Positions 45,698 to 56,004 of a stretch of 64,000 nucleotides of DNA are shown here, piece after piece. The DNA is from a virus. Numbering within the stretch: position 1 is the first letter of the stretch; the number at the start of each line of letters is the position of its first letter. Both the position numbers and the translations under genes were made by a program. Location: positions 1-64,000 of IMG/VR virus record IMGVR_UViG_3300037264_004923. One strand, written 5' to 3'. Under the pieces are notes generated by a model. That model did no database searches and was not told where the DNA came from. It saw only the letters and a list, made by a program, of their open reading frames with translations.

Positions 45698-46627
45698 TTA
45701 CTTCCAGTTTTTTTCGAGCCAATCTATGACCGGGGCGATGTCTGTGTTCTGCGCGATCACCATAAGATCAAGGATGTTCTTCCAATCATCCAGAGGATAA
45801 TCGTGAGCCAGCTGAGGATTTAGACGATAGTACTTATCCCGCAGGATTTGCTTACATTCGAAGTCTACTACATCCACAGAACCATCCATTAGAATGCCTA
45901 AAAGATGCTTTGCCCATTTAGCCAAACCCCAGTTCAGGTTGTCGCCCTCGATATGCTGTCTGAAACGCCCCGCACCCAAGGAAAGCAAGTTGATGTTCCT
46001 CAAATCTTTGTTTAGATTGCGTGGATTCAAGGCTTGCGCGAGTCCCACCATACCTGGATTATTTGCAAAGACTCCCCCATCAATGTAGCCGTCCGAGGTT
46101 GGAAAGTAAGTTGGAGCTGCTAAAGTTCGAAGTGCCAAATCTACAACCCGTACATCCAAATCGGCATCCGACCCGCGACAATTGTGGAAGATCTTTGCTT
46201 TCCAAGCCCGGGCAGAGCCCTCAGCTTCGTTATCCAGATCGAAGGTCGTGATAGCCACGCTCTTTTCGAGATCACCCAACAAGAGATCGCCAAACTGGAT
46301 CTCTAACATTTTGCGCAGATTATCCGATTTGTAATCGGCACCCAAAAGCTTCCAAAAATCCTTGAATTTACCGAAAAAAGTCTCTGAAAAGATCTCCTTC
46401 GAGGCAGTTTGATACATCTCTCGTAAAGCAGCAGGGCTCTTTCCAGTTGCTAAGCCCAAGGCAATAATGCCACCCGTAGAAGTCCCCACCAGAAGGTCTG
46501 CATCTCTGAGAATGTTGGGGTGTTTACTCTCAATCCGCTCCAAAAGACAGGCCTCAAGGATACCACGTACCCCGCCCCCATCAAAGGAAAGAATGTTGAA
46601 AGGCTTCTTGGTAACTTGATTCCCCAT
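45698..46627 (-). CDS. Patatin-like phospholipase
   Basis: DGGGVRG, GTSTG, AAPTYF, DGG motifs. Confidence 0.95.
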   Translation of the reverse strand: MGNQVTKKPFNILSFDGGGVRGILEACLLERIESKHPNILRDADLLVGTSTGGIIALGLATGKSPAALREMYQTASKEIFSETFFGKFKDFWKLLGADYKSDNLRKMLEIQFGDLLLGDLEKSVAITTFDLDNEAEGSARAWKAKIFHNCRGSDADLDVRVVDLALRTLAAPTYFPTSDGYIDGGVFANNPGMVGLAQALNPRNLNKDLRNINLLSLGAGRFRQHIEGDNLNWGLAKWAKHLLGILMDGSVDVVDFECKQILRDKYYRLNPQLAHDYPLDDWKNILDLMVIAQNTDIAPVIDWLEKNWK

Positions 46628-46887
46628 TATTCGAACACCCTATTCTGAGCGTCCAATTCTCTCGCCCAGTCCTCAGCAACATAAAGGGTGTGTCCTGGTT
46701 TATTGGTAGTTTGGGACACTCTAACAGGGCCTTCCACCACCATTCCGCGATCAATCAGTTCTTTGATGGCGGGACCAGAAATGTTATTCTGAAGCTTCAG
46801 TTTGTCCCGAACCTCCGTGCGAAGGATTCCAGGGTTTTCCTTGATTATAAAGAAGATCTGATCGCGAATAGAACTTGTGTAGTTCAT
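46627..46887 (-). CDS. Winged-HTH protein
   Basis: ATG 46887 overlaps the upstream stop; IKENPG...E....L...IS..IKEL...G. Confidence 0.65.
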   Translation of the reverse strand: MNYTSSIRDQIFFIIKENPGILRTEVRDKLKLQNNISGPAIKELIDRGMVVEGPVRVSQTTNKPGHTLYVAEDWARELDAQNRVFE

Positions 46888-48368
46888 GTTTGCTCTCTCT
46901 TCAGAATGAAACTGGGAAGCCCCTGTCCCATTGAATGTTCGTATCGCAGCGCGGCTCTCGCAGAGTTGAAGGGAATACCAAGCTTCTCTCGGACATCCGC
47001 TTCCAACCAGTCTCGCATCTCTACTAACTTCTCGGCTGCCAAGTGGTCGGTGTAGACGAAGGATTTGTATCCGCCGCCAGGAATACCCTTGTAGTAGCTG
47101 GCGGTAGCAGAATAATCTACTTCCCAAGCGTAGAGTTTATCCCCGGTCTTAGGTTGAGTGTAAACATACAGACCTGGCTTATCTCCTGGACGTGCTTCAT
47201 CATAATACGGAGAGCCGGGGTAAGGGGTAATGATGGTACAATCAAAATCCTCGGGACGAACCTGAAGGAGCCAGTTCCTAACCGCGATAACAGACTCCTC
47301 GCTCTCACCAGGATGTCCAATAGACATGAGAGCCTTTACTTTCAAGCCGGCTGCTTTTGCAGTCTCCACGCACCGCGTGTTGTCTTCGAGAGTAGCACGT
47401 TTATTGATGTTCGTTAACATTCGAGGGGTCGCAGTTTCATACCCACATAGAAGCCATCTAAACCCGGAACGATACAGGGCCTTTGCTTGTTCTTCATTGA
47501 ATAGTTCAGATTTTACGAAGCCACGCAATCGAAACTCTACACCTAATCTATCTTGTAAATCTGTTATCTTGTTCAGCATCGGAACGAGACCTGGATTTAC
47601 ATTCAACTCATCATCATAGAACATGAAACCCGTGTATCCGTAAGTAGTGTAGAGAGATTCCAACTCTTGGATGATAGAATCTGTCGTTCTCGTACGGATC
47701 ATGCGAAGGCTTTTGCTATTGCGGCCGCCACAAAAACCACAACCAAAAGGACATCCCAGCTGAGAAATCAAACTGGTCGCATTCTGCCCGTCAATAGAGT
47801 AATGGTAGGAGGGCATGTCGATAAGATGTCGGGCGGGATACGAACTGTCGTTGTACTGCTTATCCGACAGGAAAAGACCGCCTTTCGGATCGTCGGCATC
47901 AATAACTTTCGGAGCATCAGCAGTGATGGCTTGGAAGATGGCAAGTTCTCCGTCTCCCGCAACCAATACATCCGCCAGTACTTCTAACTTTTGGCGAGCA
48001 CGGAACGCTCTTCCATCCATAGCCCCCCGCTTCTGCTCCAACTTATGTGCAGCAAGGGTAAGGGTAATGTGAGGCCCGCCCAGAATGATACGAATGTGAG
48101 GACAAATGTGTCGGATGGTCTTTACGATTTCCGATACAGCAGGAAACTGAGGAGTGGTAGTAGTAATACCTATCACATCGTCCGGAGCGGTGCGGAGATA
48201 ATCCTTCAGAACTTCAAGATAGTTTTCCACCCCAGAGAAGTCCAAGAGATTTACCGAATACCCATTGGCTTCTAGGGAACCAGCAACCTTAAGTATGCCC
48301 AGGCTTACAAAGACCCGCTCGTCCAAAAGGAAAGCAGAAGGCGGGGTAATGAGACATACAGAGGTCAT
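46884..48368 (-). CDS. B12-binding (class B) radical SAM protein
   Basis: N-terminal cobalamin-binding domain (LGILK, LGGPH, GDGE) and CPFGCGFC. Confidence 0.93.
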   Translation of the reverse strand: MTSVCLITPPSAFLLDERVFVSLGILKVAGSLEANGYSVNLLDFSGVENYLEVLKDYLRTAPDDVIGITTTTPQFPAVSEIVKTIRHICPHIRIILGGPHITLTLAAHKLEQKRGAMDGRAFRARQKLEVLADVLVAGDGELAIFQAITADAPKVIDADDPKGGLFLSDKQYNDSSYPARHLIDMPSYHYSIDGQNATSLISQLGCPFGCGFCGGRNSKSLRMIRTRTTDSIIQELESLYTTYGYTGFMFYDDELNVNPGLVPMLNKITDLQDRLGVEFRLRGFVKSELFNEEQAKALYRSGFRWLLCGYETATPRMLTNINKRATLEDNTRCVETAKAAGLKVKALMSIGHPGESEESVIAVRNWLLQVRPEDFDCTIITPYPGSPYYDEARPGDKPGLYVYTQPKTGDKLYAWEVDYSATASYYKGIPGGGYKSFVYTDHLAAEKLVEMRDWLEADVREKLGIPFNSARAALRYEHSMGQGLPSFILKREQT

Positions 48369-48371
48369 AGG

Positions 48372-49103
48372 TTACAGAGGGCGGGAGATGTCTTGGACGT
48401 CAATCTCGCCCATCTCTCCCCGATTGATTTTATCAAAGATCTCATCGTTCTGAATCTGGGCAACAGCAGTCTTATAGTGGTTGATGTTGAAGCGTGCGGG
48501 TTCTTCTCGGGTCTTTCTCTTATAGTCAATCTCAGTTCGCTTGGTAAAGCCGACTACCTCGACGTGGACCCTATCCTTGGGATCTTCGCTGTAATTGCAG
48601 GTTCTCTTCCATAGCCTGTACTGATAGTCGGGATAGATGTCAGTCTGCTCTCCGTCCAAAATGTTTCGGCGGGGAACACCAAAACAATCAAAGAGTTCAG
48701 TACTTTCAGGAATGACGTCAGTAAGCATGAGCAAACGTTGCCCCTTCTCGGTGATTAGAAGAGGAATAATCTCCAAGAGAGGGGGATCCAATCTTTCATC
48801 CGGATCGTGAATGTATACCCAATCAGTATTCAACTTACGCATGCCCAGGTTCTTCTGAAAGGCATGATTATGAACCCAGGGTTGATAAAATACCCGCGCC
48901 CCCATTCTCTTTGCCCATTCCACAGAGTTATCCTGTGAACCACCATCGATAACCACAATATCGTCCGCAATGTTGTAGAACTGGGCAATCGTGGCTGCCA
49001 TATGCGACTGCTCATTCTGGCAGTTGATTGCGATACCAAGGGTTGGTTTCTTATTTTCAGGCATATTTCTCCCTCTATTTAACCTTAACCATTCCGATGC
49101 CAA
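48372..49103 (-). CDS. Glycosyltransferase family 2
   Basis: IVVIDGGSQD, QKN, DPDE, PDYQYRL. Confidence 0.88.
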   Translation of the reverse strand: MASEWLRLNRGRNMPENKKPTLGIAINCQNEQSHMAATIAQFYNIADDIVVIDGGSQDNSVEWAKRMGARVFYQPWVHNHAFQKNLGMRKLNTDWVYIHDPDERLDPPLLEIIPLLITEKGQRLLMLTDVIPESTELFDCFGVPRRNILDGEQTDIYPDYQYRLWKRTCNYSEDPKDRVHVEVVGFTKRTEIDYKRKTREEPARFNINHYKTAVAQIQNDEIFDKINRGEMGEIDVQDISRPL

Positions 49104-49623
49104 ACTCTACAAAAAACTCGGTGGTTTCGTGCTCCTGACCATTCACTATCTCTTCGAATACTACACCACAATAAATCTCGCTATCCATATCCTTATAGCG
49201 ACGGAACCCAATGTCATGGAATCCAATAACCCCAGGAGAGGAGATCAGAGTTTTAGCAAGTTCCCAATCTTTCTTTGTGCCATCATATGAATGATCTCCA
49301 TCAATAAAGATAAGATCATAGGGTCCATTTTGTTGGATCTCCGCTATAACCTCTGGACTACTGGAATCCCCAACTATGAAATGGACCTTGGGAAACCAAG
49401 CATCAGGAATTCCGACTTCGCGACCTCTGATGTCGATGGATATACATCCCTCAGAAGCGATATGCTGGAACATCAAAGCAGTTCCGCCTTTATTGGTGCC
49501 AATGTCCAAGATTTTCCGAGGACGCTGTCCCAAGTATTCTTCAACGGCGGCTATAAAACTGGTGAACTCTTCGCGTTGCTGTTGGATAAACGGGTTCCAC
49601 CATTGATTTATTACATCATTCAT
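49075..49623 (-). CDS. Methyltransf_24-like methyltransferase
   Basis: LDIGT.KGG, GDS, IFIDGDHSY, GFHD. Confidence 0.88.
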   Translation of the reverse strand: MNDVINQWWNPFIQQQREEFTSFIAAVEEYLGQRPRKILDIGTNKGGTALMFQHIASEGCISIDIRGREVGIPDAWFPKVHFIVGDSSSPEVIAEIQQNGPYDLIFIDGDHSYDGTKKDWELAKTLISSPGVIGFHDIGFRRYKDMDSEIYCGVVFEEIVNGQEHETTEFFVEFGIGMVKVK

Positions 49624-50141
49624 GGGATATAGACCAGCCCAATTCCGTATCCGTCATCCCATACGCCCTTCTGCAGGGGGATGCTGGAGAAGAAACGGCG
49701 GATACCCTCGATGCGTAGGTCATGGAAACCTACTAATCCTCCAGAACGAACCAGAGGAGAATACATCTGGAAGTCAGAAGAAACTCCCTCGTAAGAATGA
49801 TCCCCATCGATGAATAGGAAATCGATAACAGGAACGGCCGTCTTAACCTTGTCGAATGTATCAGGGGATTTGCTATCACCCACAATAATAGGAGGGCGCT
49901 TGTCAAAGTACTGCTCGGCAGTAGCATCTCCAATATCTACACCCACTACATTACCCTCGACCCCCGCTATAATCTCCCAAACTCGAAGGCTTTTACCAGA
50001 CTGGACACCAATTTCTACGATGTTGGTGTGCGGTTCCAGAGCCTGAACACGAGAGGCAACCTCCCAAAGTTCATCATCGCTGGAAGCCCACCCCTGCCCG
50101 CGAGTAGCATTACATAGTTCTACAAACTGCTGCTTATCCAT
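49620..50141 (-). CDS. Methyltransf_24-like methyltransferase
   Basis: VEIGVQSG, GDS, FIDGDHSYEG, GGLVGFHD. Confidence 0.9.
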   Translation of the reverse strand: MDKQQFVELCNATRGQGWASSDDELWEVASRVQALEPHTNIVEIGVQSGKSLRVWEIIAGVEGNVVGVDIGDATAEQYFDKRPPIIVGDSKSPDTFDKVKTAVPVIDFLFIDGDHSYEGVSSDFQMYSPLVRSGGLVGFHDLRIEGIRRFFSSIPLQKGVWDDGYGIGLVYIP

Positions 50142-51078
50142 GCTCTATTGCTCCTCCAATGGCTAAATCCCGTTCTATTAGGGGTCTAAACTTTTCCTGT
50201 CCGTACAAGAAATCCTTTTCCCAGATAATCTTGCCTTGGTCATGATGCTCTTGGAACCAATAGTGCCAGTATTCTATGTTGTTGATTCCGCCAACAGACT
50301 TGTCGTCCTGCGTACTGCGATGGTGTATGCGTTGTCGGCGCTCCAGAGAAGCCTGTGTCCATTGATCAATATTGGTACCAAACAACATAGGATAACCATT
50401 AGCAAACGGAGAGGTTCCCTCTGTTGGGTTAGCGTAGCTCTCTTCTTGATCTCTATTACGAAGCATCTTAGGAGTATCTGCAATGAACCCATTGAAATAG
50501 CCGTTCTTTAGCATCGAATAAAAGAATCCAATATCAGCAGCGGAGTGATGTCTCTCAGGAAATCCTCCGAGTTTAGACCAAACTTCCTTCCTAAAAGCAA
50601 AGGCACCGCTACCTCGCGGGTTAGAATTAAGCTCGATATTTAGATTGCCGCGTCTAACAACAGGCCCTCCAGAAAATCCGGCATCTCCCATAACACCGAG
50701 ACACCCGACATAAGGAAGCTCCAAGGCACTGGCTACATTTGGAAGTCCAGGCCCCACCATCTCGATATCATTGTTCAGCAGCAGCACGTAGTCTGAGTTG
50801 CACAAGGCAGTCGCCTGATTGGCTGCGTTTGTAAACCCACGATTGCCGCCGCTATTCAAAATCACGGTGGAGGTGGCAGGAAGATTCTGATATAGCATCT
50901 GTTGTACTTGTTTATCAGAAGACGCATCATCTACTACGATGATCTCCATAGGCATATCGGACGTATTATGAAGAGATTGTAGCAAGTTAAAGGTGTATTC
51001 CGCCCGTTGAAAGCTCAAAACGATAATGGAAATGAAATCCTTACCAGAGTACGGGGAATCCAACTTGTGCATTGTCAT
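50134..51078 (-). CDS. Glycosyltransferase family 2
   Basis: SIIVLSF, IIVVDDAS, NRGF..AAN, LLLNND, GGF. Confidence 0.9.
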   Translation of the reverse strand: MTMHKLDSPYSGKDFISIIVLSFQRAEYTFNLLQSLHNTSDMPMEIIVVDDASSDKQVQQMLYQNLPATSTVILNSGGNRGFTNAANQATALCNSDYVLLLNNDIEMVGPGLPNVASALELPYVGCLGVMGDAGFSGGPVVRRGNLNIELNSNPRGSGAFAFRKEVWSKLGGFPERHHSAADIGFFYSMLKNGYFNGFIADTPKMLRNRDQEESYANPTEGTSPFANGYPMLFGTNIDQWTQASLERRQRIHHRSTQDDKSVGGINNIEYWHYWFQEHHDQGKIIWEKDFLYGQEKFRPLIERDLAIGGAIEHG

Positions 51079-51091
51079 AGTTAATCCTCTA

Positions 51092-52084
51092 TTACTTTGT
51101 GTTCAGAATGTATTCTTCAATCTTGTTCCACGCCTCCGCAGGACGCCTGTGGGGCTCGAATCCCTGCTGAAAGATGTCGTGAATCTTGTAATAATACTCT
51201 CTATCGGAAAGAAGTCTTCGGAAAGTTTCTTCAAGTTTCTCTTCGGAAACAGCTACAGCTGAGGGAAGAAGATCGGCTTCTCTGGCTTCCTCCCCAAAGA
51301 AACCAAAGTCGTTGCAAAGAACTGGAATGGACTTGGCGTAGATCGCCTCGAATACGCAACCTGTAATACCACCTGGATTGATGCTCAACTTGGCCTGACA
51401 CATGAGATTTACCAGTTCTGTCCAAGGAATTCTATCCAGTCCTCGATGAGGAATCTTGGTCAAAAGCTCTCTAACTTCAGGCTCGAACTCGCCGACGTCA
51501 ACAAAAGCTGCCCCGCCAAACACTATTTCGAAGTCAAAGTCTGTTGCCAATCTGGCAAGAACACGAAGGTGCGCCATACTGGACTGACGGCGATGCTCTC
51601 CGAAACCCGGAGTGAAACTACCTTTGTTTGCCCACATCAATAGTCTACGATTGAAGGGTTCAGGCATATCTGTAGGAAGAAAGCTGTCCAGATAAGGGAT
51701 GGGAGCAAAGAATCTCTGAAGATTCTGGTGCTGGAAGTTCTCGATCGCCTGTCGATAAGAAGACCGGGTAGGATGAAGCATGGGATGCCCGCAATGAAGG
51801 TAGCTCGGAGCCTCGGGGCTGAAGTAGTTATGGAAATGAGAGCGATCGGGGCATCGGTAGGCGTCAGAAGTTGCGGCGTCAAAAGTAAAATCCACCTGAG
51901 AGGATGCTCCAAAGATCTCGGCAGGATGAGCAAAAACAGGGGTGTGTCCGATAGTTGCCAAGTAATGCGCCCAGTTCACGGAGTATCGTATTTCCAAGCC
52001 ACCATACGTGTTAATATCCGAGATATGGCAGCTGTGAGATTGGAACAAAAGTTTCATGATAATCCTTATGCGGGTTTGCGCCAC
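51092..52084 (-). CDS. Putative GT-B glycosyltransferase
   Basis: C-terminal L...AKLSINP...CVFEAIY...PV pattern; start codon uncertain. Confidence 0.55.
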   Translation of the reverse strand: MAQTRIRIIMKLLFQSHSCHISDINTYGGLEIRYSVNWAHYLATIGHTPVFAHPAEIFGASSQVDFTFDAATSDAYRCPDRSHFHNYFSPEAPSYLHCGHPMLHPTRSSYRQAIENFQHQNLQRFFAPIPYLDSFLPTDMPEPFNRRLLMWANKGSFTPGFGEHRRQSSMAHLRVLARLATDFDFEIVFGGAAFVDVGEFEPEVRELLTKIPHRGLDRIPWTELVNLMCQAKLSINPGGITGCVFEAIYAKSIPVLCNDFGFFGEEAREADLLPSAVAVSEEKLEETFRRLLSDREYYYKIHDIFQQGFEPHRRPAEAWNKIEEYILNTK

Positions 52085-52746
52085 AAGGCAAAACCGGCGC
52101 GGTCGGGCTCGATCACTTGAACAGGTCCAAGGGTGGCGAGATGTTCTCGCAACGCATCTACCCCGTCCGTGCGGAAATCTGCGAGGACAAACAACCCGCC
52201 GGGTCGAAGAAAGGGCAGGACAATGTTCTCAAAATCTCTACGAGGAACATCGCCGAAGTGTCCTCCATCATGGAAGATCATGTCAGCTTGTTTGTCCCCT
52301 AAAATATAAGCTATTTGCTCGTGAACCTCAAGAGAATTCGAATCTCCTATTACAAATCGAATGCTTCTCTCGCTGGCTTCCGGATCCAGGGGGTTTTCGG
52401 TGCAGTTTTCGGGGCTCACAAAATTACTGGGACATGTTTCCCACTCCCAAGTAGGGCCTGGGCGAGCTGCCAAATAGGGAGGTATTGTGGAATGTCCTGA
52501 ACATCCAAGAAGTTGATCTTTGGGAGCCATATCGACCTCAATGAGCAGACCTTCCTCCCGAGGAAGCATCCTCTCCCAAACCCTCAAAGTCCCACAACAT
52601 TTAACGCCTACCTCAATGATGGTCTTGAGGGGGTTAACTTTCTGGATCTCTTGGATAAGGGCGAAGAATTCATGCGGATAGTTCTCCACATATCGACCTT
52701 TCCAAAGAGATTTGAGCTCCTCCGAAGTAATCATTAGATTGCGCAA
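52066..52746 (-). CDS. Methyltransf_24-like methyltransferase
   Basis: IEVGV, GDS, DMIFHDGGH, LRPGG. Confidence 0.8.
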   Translation of the reverse strand: MRNLMITSEELKSLWKGRYVENYPHEFFALIQEIQKVNPLKTIIEVGVKCCGTLRVWERMLPREEGLLIEVDMAPKDQLLGCSGHSTIPPYLAARPGPTWEWETCPSNFVSPENCTENPLDPEASERSIRFVIGDSNSLEVHEQIAYILGDKQADMIFHDGGHFGDVPRRDFENIVLPFLRPGGLFVLADFRTDGVDALREHLATLGPVQVIEPDRAGFALWRKPA

Positions 52747-53456
52747 TAATCACGCAAAAGGTTCGCGTGCGCAGCATCGTAATAGTTATGCAAAGGGCCA
52801 TCAGAAGGATAATTCACAAGGTCTTCGTAGGACATCTTTTCACAGAACAAGGTCTGGACACAGGTGTCGGGAATGTCCTGATGCAGAATCTTGAACCCAG
52901 CTGTCCTAATCATAAATCGCATTTGATGGGCATGCAAACAGGAAACATGCTGTAGATTCGCCATGGCGTTATCAGGAATGTCTACATTTACATCCTTACC
53001 ATGCCATTGCGGCACATTCAGCACCATACGCCCTCCAATGCGTAGTACTCTGTACATTTCCAGGATGGCTTTCCAAGGATACCAGACGTGTTCCAATGCC
53101 TGAACAGAAATTATTCCATCTACACTCTCATTTTCGATGTCTAACATTTCGCACATGTCGTTCATTAGGCACTTGAAACCTTCTGCGATGAGAAGATCCT
53201 TTACTTGAGGAGACATGACAAGATTGGTACAATCGTATCCCAATTCCTGATATACCTTTGCCTCATACCAATTCGCACCCAAATTCAAAATCTTGGGATG
53301 GGTATCAAGGGGAATATACTTCTTGATTTCGTGCCTACCATCAGGACCACCCATAAAGGGTTGCCAAACATGCTCGTTATGATCTTGATCTCCAGCATAG
53401 ATGTTTGTTGATGGAAATCTGTAGCGAGCTAAAGATCGTGCATCTCTTTCGTTCAT
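52734..53456 (-). CDS. Class I SAM methyltransferase (Methyltransf_11-like)
   Basis: ILNLGA, ALEHV, EMYRVLRIGG; ATG 53456 overlaps the upstream TGA. Confidence 0.85.
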   Translation of the reverse strand: MNERDARSLARYRFPSTNIYAGDQDHNEHVWQPFMGGPDGRHEIKKYIPLDTHPKILNLGANWYEAKVYQELGYDCTNLVMSPQVKDLLIAEGFKCLMNDMCEMLDIENESVDGIISVQALEHVWYPWKAILEMYRVLRIGGRMVLNVPQWHGKDVNVDIPDNAMANLQHVSCLHAHQMRFMIRTAGFKILHQDIPDTCVQTLFCEKMSYEDLVNYPSDGPLHNYYDAAHANLLRDYCAI

Positions 53457-54157
53457 AAAATGTCTCCTAAAATTACCGCGGATAAACCACCGGTAACTTG
53501 TTGTTGAATTACATGTGTTGCGCAAGCATGGGAAGCGCAGCCGTAATACTTGATCTCGACGCCTAAACAATTCTCGATGTGCTTGGCGTATATCACATCT
53601 TTCTTACTTCCCTTGCCCACATGAAGGAAGTATTTCGTGTGCCCATTGGATTCGGACAGAAGTGCTCTTAAATCCGGGACGTAATAATCTACCAATGGAG
53701 GTTCGGATAGTAGCTGATGTATTTGAGGAAAGGTATCGTACGCTTCCATACCCTCTTCATAATAGCGTTGCTCCAATTCCGGGGTTAGAAAAGTCTGAGG
53801 ACCAAAAGCATGAACTGTGTCCGCCTTCAAAAGGTACCCAAACATTATCGCGGCAAACCCACCGGCACTCACACCCACTAAGCGTAAATGCGTAGGCTGC
53901 GCCTCTTCTATTAACTCTTGTAACTTTGTTGCCGTTTTCGAAATGGAGTCAAGATCCTCGTTAAGTCCTTGTTGATACCAGACATACTTGTTATCCAAGC
54001 AGTATATCTTGGAACAATCTGCATGTCGTGTAGTTCGAACAAATTCAAAGTGCTCCAACTCTATTAGACGAGATGCCATGCCGGCGAAGGTAATGATTAA
54101 GGCTTTCCCTGGGTTTAGTTCCCATTTAATCCCCTTTTCATTGGATAGGGTATCCAT
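53453..54157 (-). CDS. Alpha/beta-hydrolase-fold protein
   Basis: GVSAGG nucleophile elbow, AFGPQT. Confidence 0.7.
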   Translation of the reverse strand: MDTLSNEKGIKWELNPGKALIITFAGMASRLIELEHFEFVRTTRHADCSKIYCLDNKYVWYQQGLNEDLDSISKTATKLQELIEEAQPTHLRLVGVSAGGFAAIMFGYLLKADTVHAFGPQTFLTPELEQRYYEEGMEAYDTFPQIHQLLSEPPLVDYYVPDLRALLSESNGHTKYFLHVGKGSKKDVIYAKHIENCLGVEIKYYGCASHACATHVIQQQVTGGLSAVILGDIL

Positions 54158-54169
54158 CCTACCTCCGGA

Positions 54170-55108
54170 CTATACTTGTTTCTCCTTTGCGCAAAGCTTT
54201 AGGTATTGATCAAACTTATGAATCTCGTGAAGGTGCGGCCGCTTATCATTATCTTCGCTATGTTGTTCTGCCCAGTCTTTGAACTCTTGGCATACTTGGC
54301 CACTCTTTAGGAGTGGATCCAAATCGTGGTACTTTTTCACTTCTGGATGATTCCTTTGAAGGATGTCCAGCATTTCGTGCCAGGAATCAATCTTGAAACC
54401 ATCCTTGAGAGGATAGAAGGTCAAATTCAAAGGTCCGCCTGGGTGCCAACGTGGGTCCTGACCGGTCTCCTTGAACCAATACTCAAAACTTTCCTTATGA
54501 TCAGCCCAAACCCCGCCCGCGAAGAAGTTGCGGCAAGATCCTCGCAAGGAACCTGATTGGGTTTTATGGTGATAGTAAACAGCATTACATCGAACGCCGC
54601 CACGTTTCCCGACCATTGCCTGATGTAGATCAATCTCGAAACGTAGCTGATTATTCCAGGCGGTCAGCATTTCTCGATAGTAGTCGCTCGGCTGTCCCGT
54701 GTTTCCATCCCAACAATCAACGCAGCGGAAAGCTACGGTATCAAACTTGGAAGCATACTCGCTTTGCTGAATGATGGGGCGTAAAGACTGCAGCATCTCC
54801 TCGCTAGGAACTTCATCGTCGTCCAGCCAAAGCATCCAGCCGCCAGTGATTGCATCCAACCCGGCTTGATACTGAGCACGGAAAGAGTCATCCCACGGCC
54901 GATAAACGATTTCTAGATTAGGAATGGTCTGGAGATAGGCCTCGGCTTCTTCGTCTCGAAAACCAATAACGATTAGAGCCCGATCTACATAGGGCATAAT
55001 CAAAGGTAGGTTGCGCTTCAGCTTATCTAGGTGTGGGGTTGAAACGCACACATAGGTGAGGTAGTCCTGTTGCAATCTTTGGTTGACGACAGTGGTTCCG
55101 TAGTCCAT
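54170..55108 (-). CDS. GT-A (GT2-like) glycosyltransferase
   Basis: W.DSF..Q, WMLWLDDDE, LH motifs. Confidence 0.7.
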   Translation of the reverse strand: MDYGTTVVNQRLQQDYLTYVCVSTPHLDKLKRNLPLIMPYVDRALIVIGFRDEEAEAYLQTIPNLEIVYRPWDDSFRAQYQAGLDAITGGWMLWLDDDEVPSEEMLQSLRPIIQQSEYASKFDTVAFRCVDCWDGNTGQPSDYYREMLTAWNNQLRFEIDLHQAMVGKRGGVRCNAVYYHHKTQSGSLRGSCRNFFAGGVWADHKESFEYWFKETGQDPRWHPGGPLNLTFYPLKDGFKIDSWHEMLDILQRNHPEVKKYHDLDPLLKSGQVCQEFKDWAEQHSEDNDKRPHLHEIHKFDQYLKLCAKEKQV

Positions 55109-56004
55109 TAGAAACTCATCTCCCCTGGGTAAGGCTTTCGATCAGGATCGTAGGTAGGAAATTCCTGATTCGTAAGACTTGGATTCAATTCTGGATGAAG
55201 CAAAACAAAATAGACCACAAAGAAAGATCTAAACTCGCTATTGACAGAGTTTCTCTGTTCAACAAACCATTCAGTAAGAGGGGCAGGAACATTGCCCTCT
55301 CGCATCAGCTTTTCCAGCTGGTAGAAAGCGGTAATCCCTTCTTGCGAGCAGCGGGCACGTAGATCCCGCCAAGCTGTCTCGTCTCCTGGTCCACCCGCGG
55401 GCTGAGAAATAGCAAATCCGTTCCTCGTACCTCGTAAGTGTACAGAGGCTTCAGAACGGACATGGTAGTACTTGAAATCGACACGGGCGTGTCGGTGAGG
55501 AACTCCCAAGTTAATGCCTTCGTGATGAAGACCCTGATAAGTTATCTGCGGGGTCAGCTTAAATAGGTTCGGGCACCAGAAATCGGGATTAGCTATCCGG
55601 GTAGAGCCGTCAAGCTGAGCTACAATATCGCAAGCTTTGAATTCTACAACGTTAATTCCGGCGACCTCGGCCTGTCTAATGAGTTCTCGAAGATTGGAAC
55701 CCCCCTCCAGAGAAATGAACTCGTCGACATCCAGGCGCATCATCCAGCCTGTTTTTTCCGCCGCGGCTAAATAACGATTGCGAAGGCGGATCGTCTGATA
55801 GCCCTCAAAGTCCAGAATAGCCGTGATCTTCAGGCGCTTTGCCTCGTCAGATACGAGCCAGTCATTCATCTCAGGCTCAGAAGAATCAGAGACTACAATA
55901 ACACGATCAAAGAACTGAGAGTTGTGATAGAGATTTCTCTTTAGTTCGCTAAAACGATTCTTTACGATCATACCCATCACTACTTGATGCATTGGTTTCT
56001 CCAA
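55108..56004 (-). CDS. GT-A (GT2-like) glycosyltransferase
   Basis: MIVKN, RN, WMMRLDVDE, HHE; paralog of 54170-55108. Confidence 0.7.
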   Translation of the reverse strand: MEKPMHQVVMGMIVKNRFSELKRNLYHNSQFFDRVIVVSDSSEPEMNDWLVSDEAKRLKITAILDFEGYQTIRLRNRYLAAAEKTGWMMRLDVDEFISLEGGSNLRELIRQAEVAGINVVEFKACDIVAQLDGSTRIANPDFWCPNLFKLTPQITYQGLHHEGINLGVPHRHARVDFKYYHVRSEASVHLRGTRNGFAISQPAGGPGDETAWRDLRARCSQEGITAFYQLEKLMREGNVPAPLTEWFVEQRNSVNSEFRSFFVVYFVLLHPELNPSLTNQEFPTYDPDRKPYPGEMSF

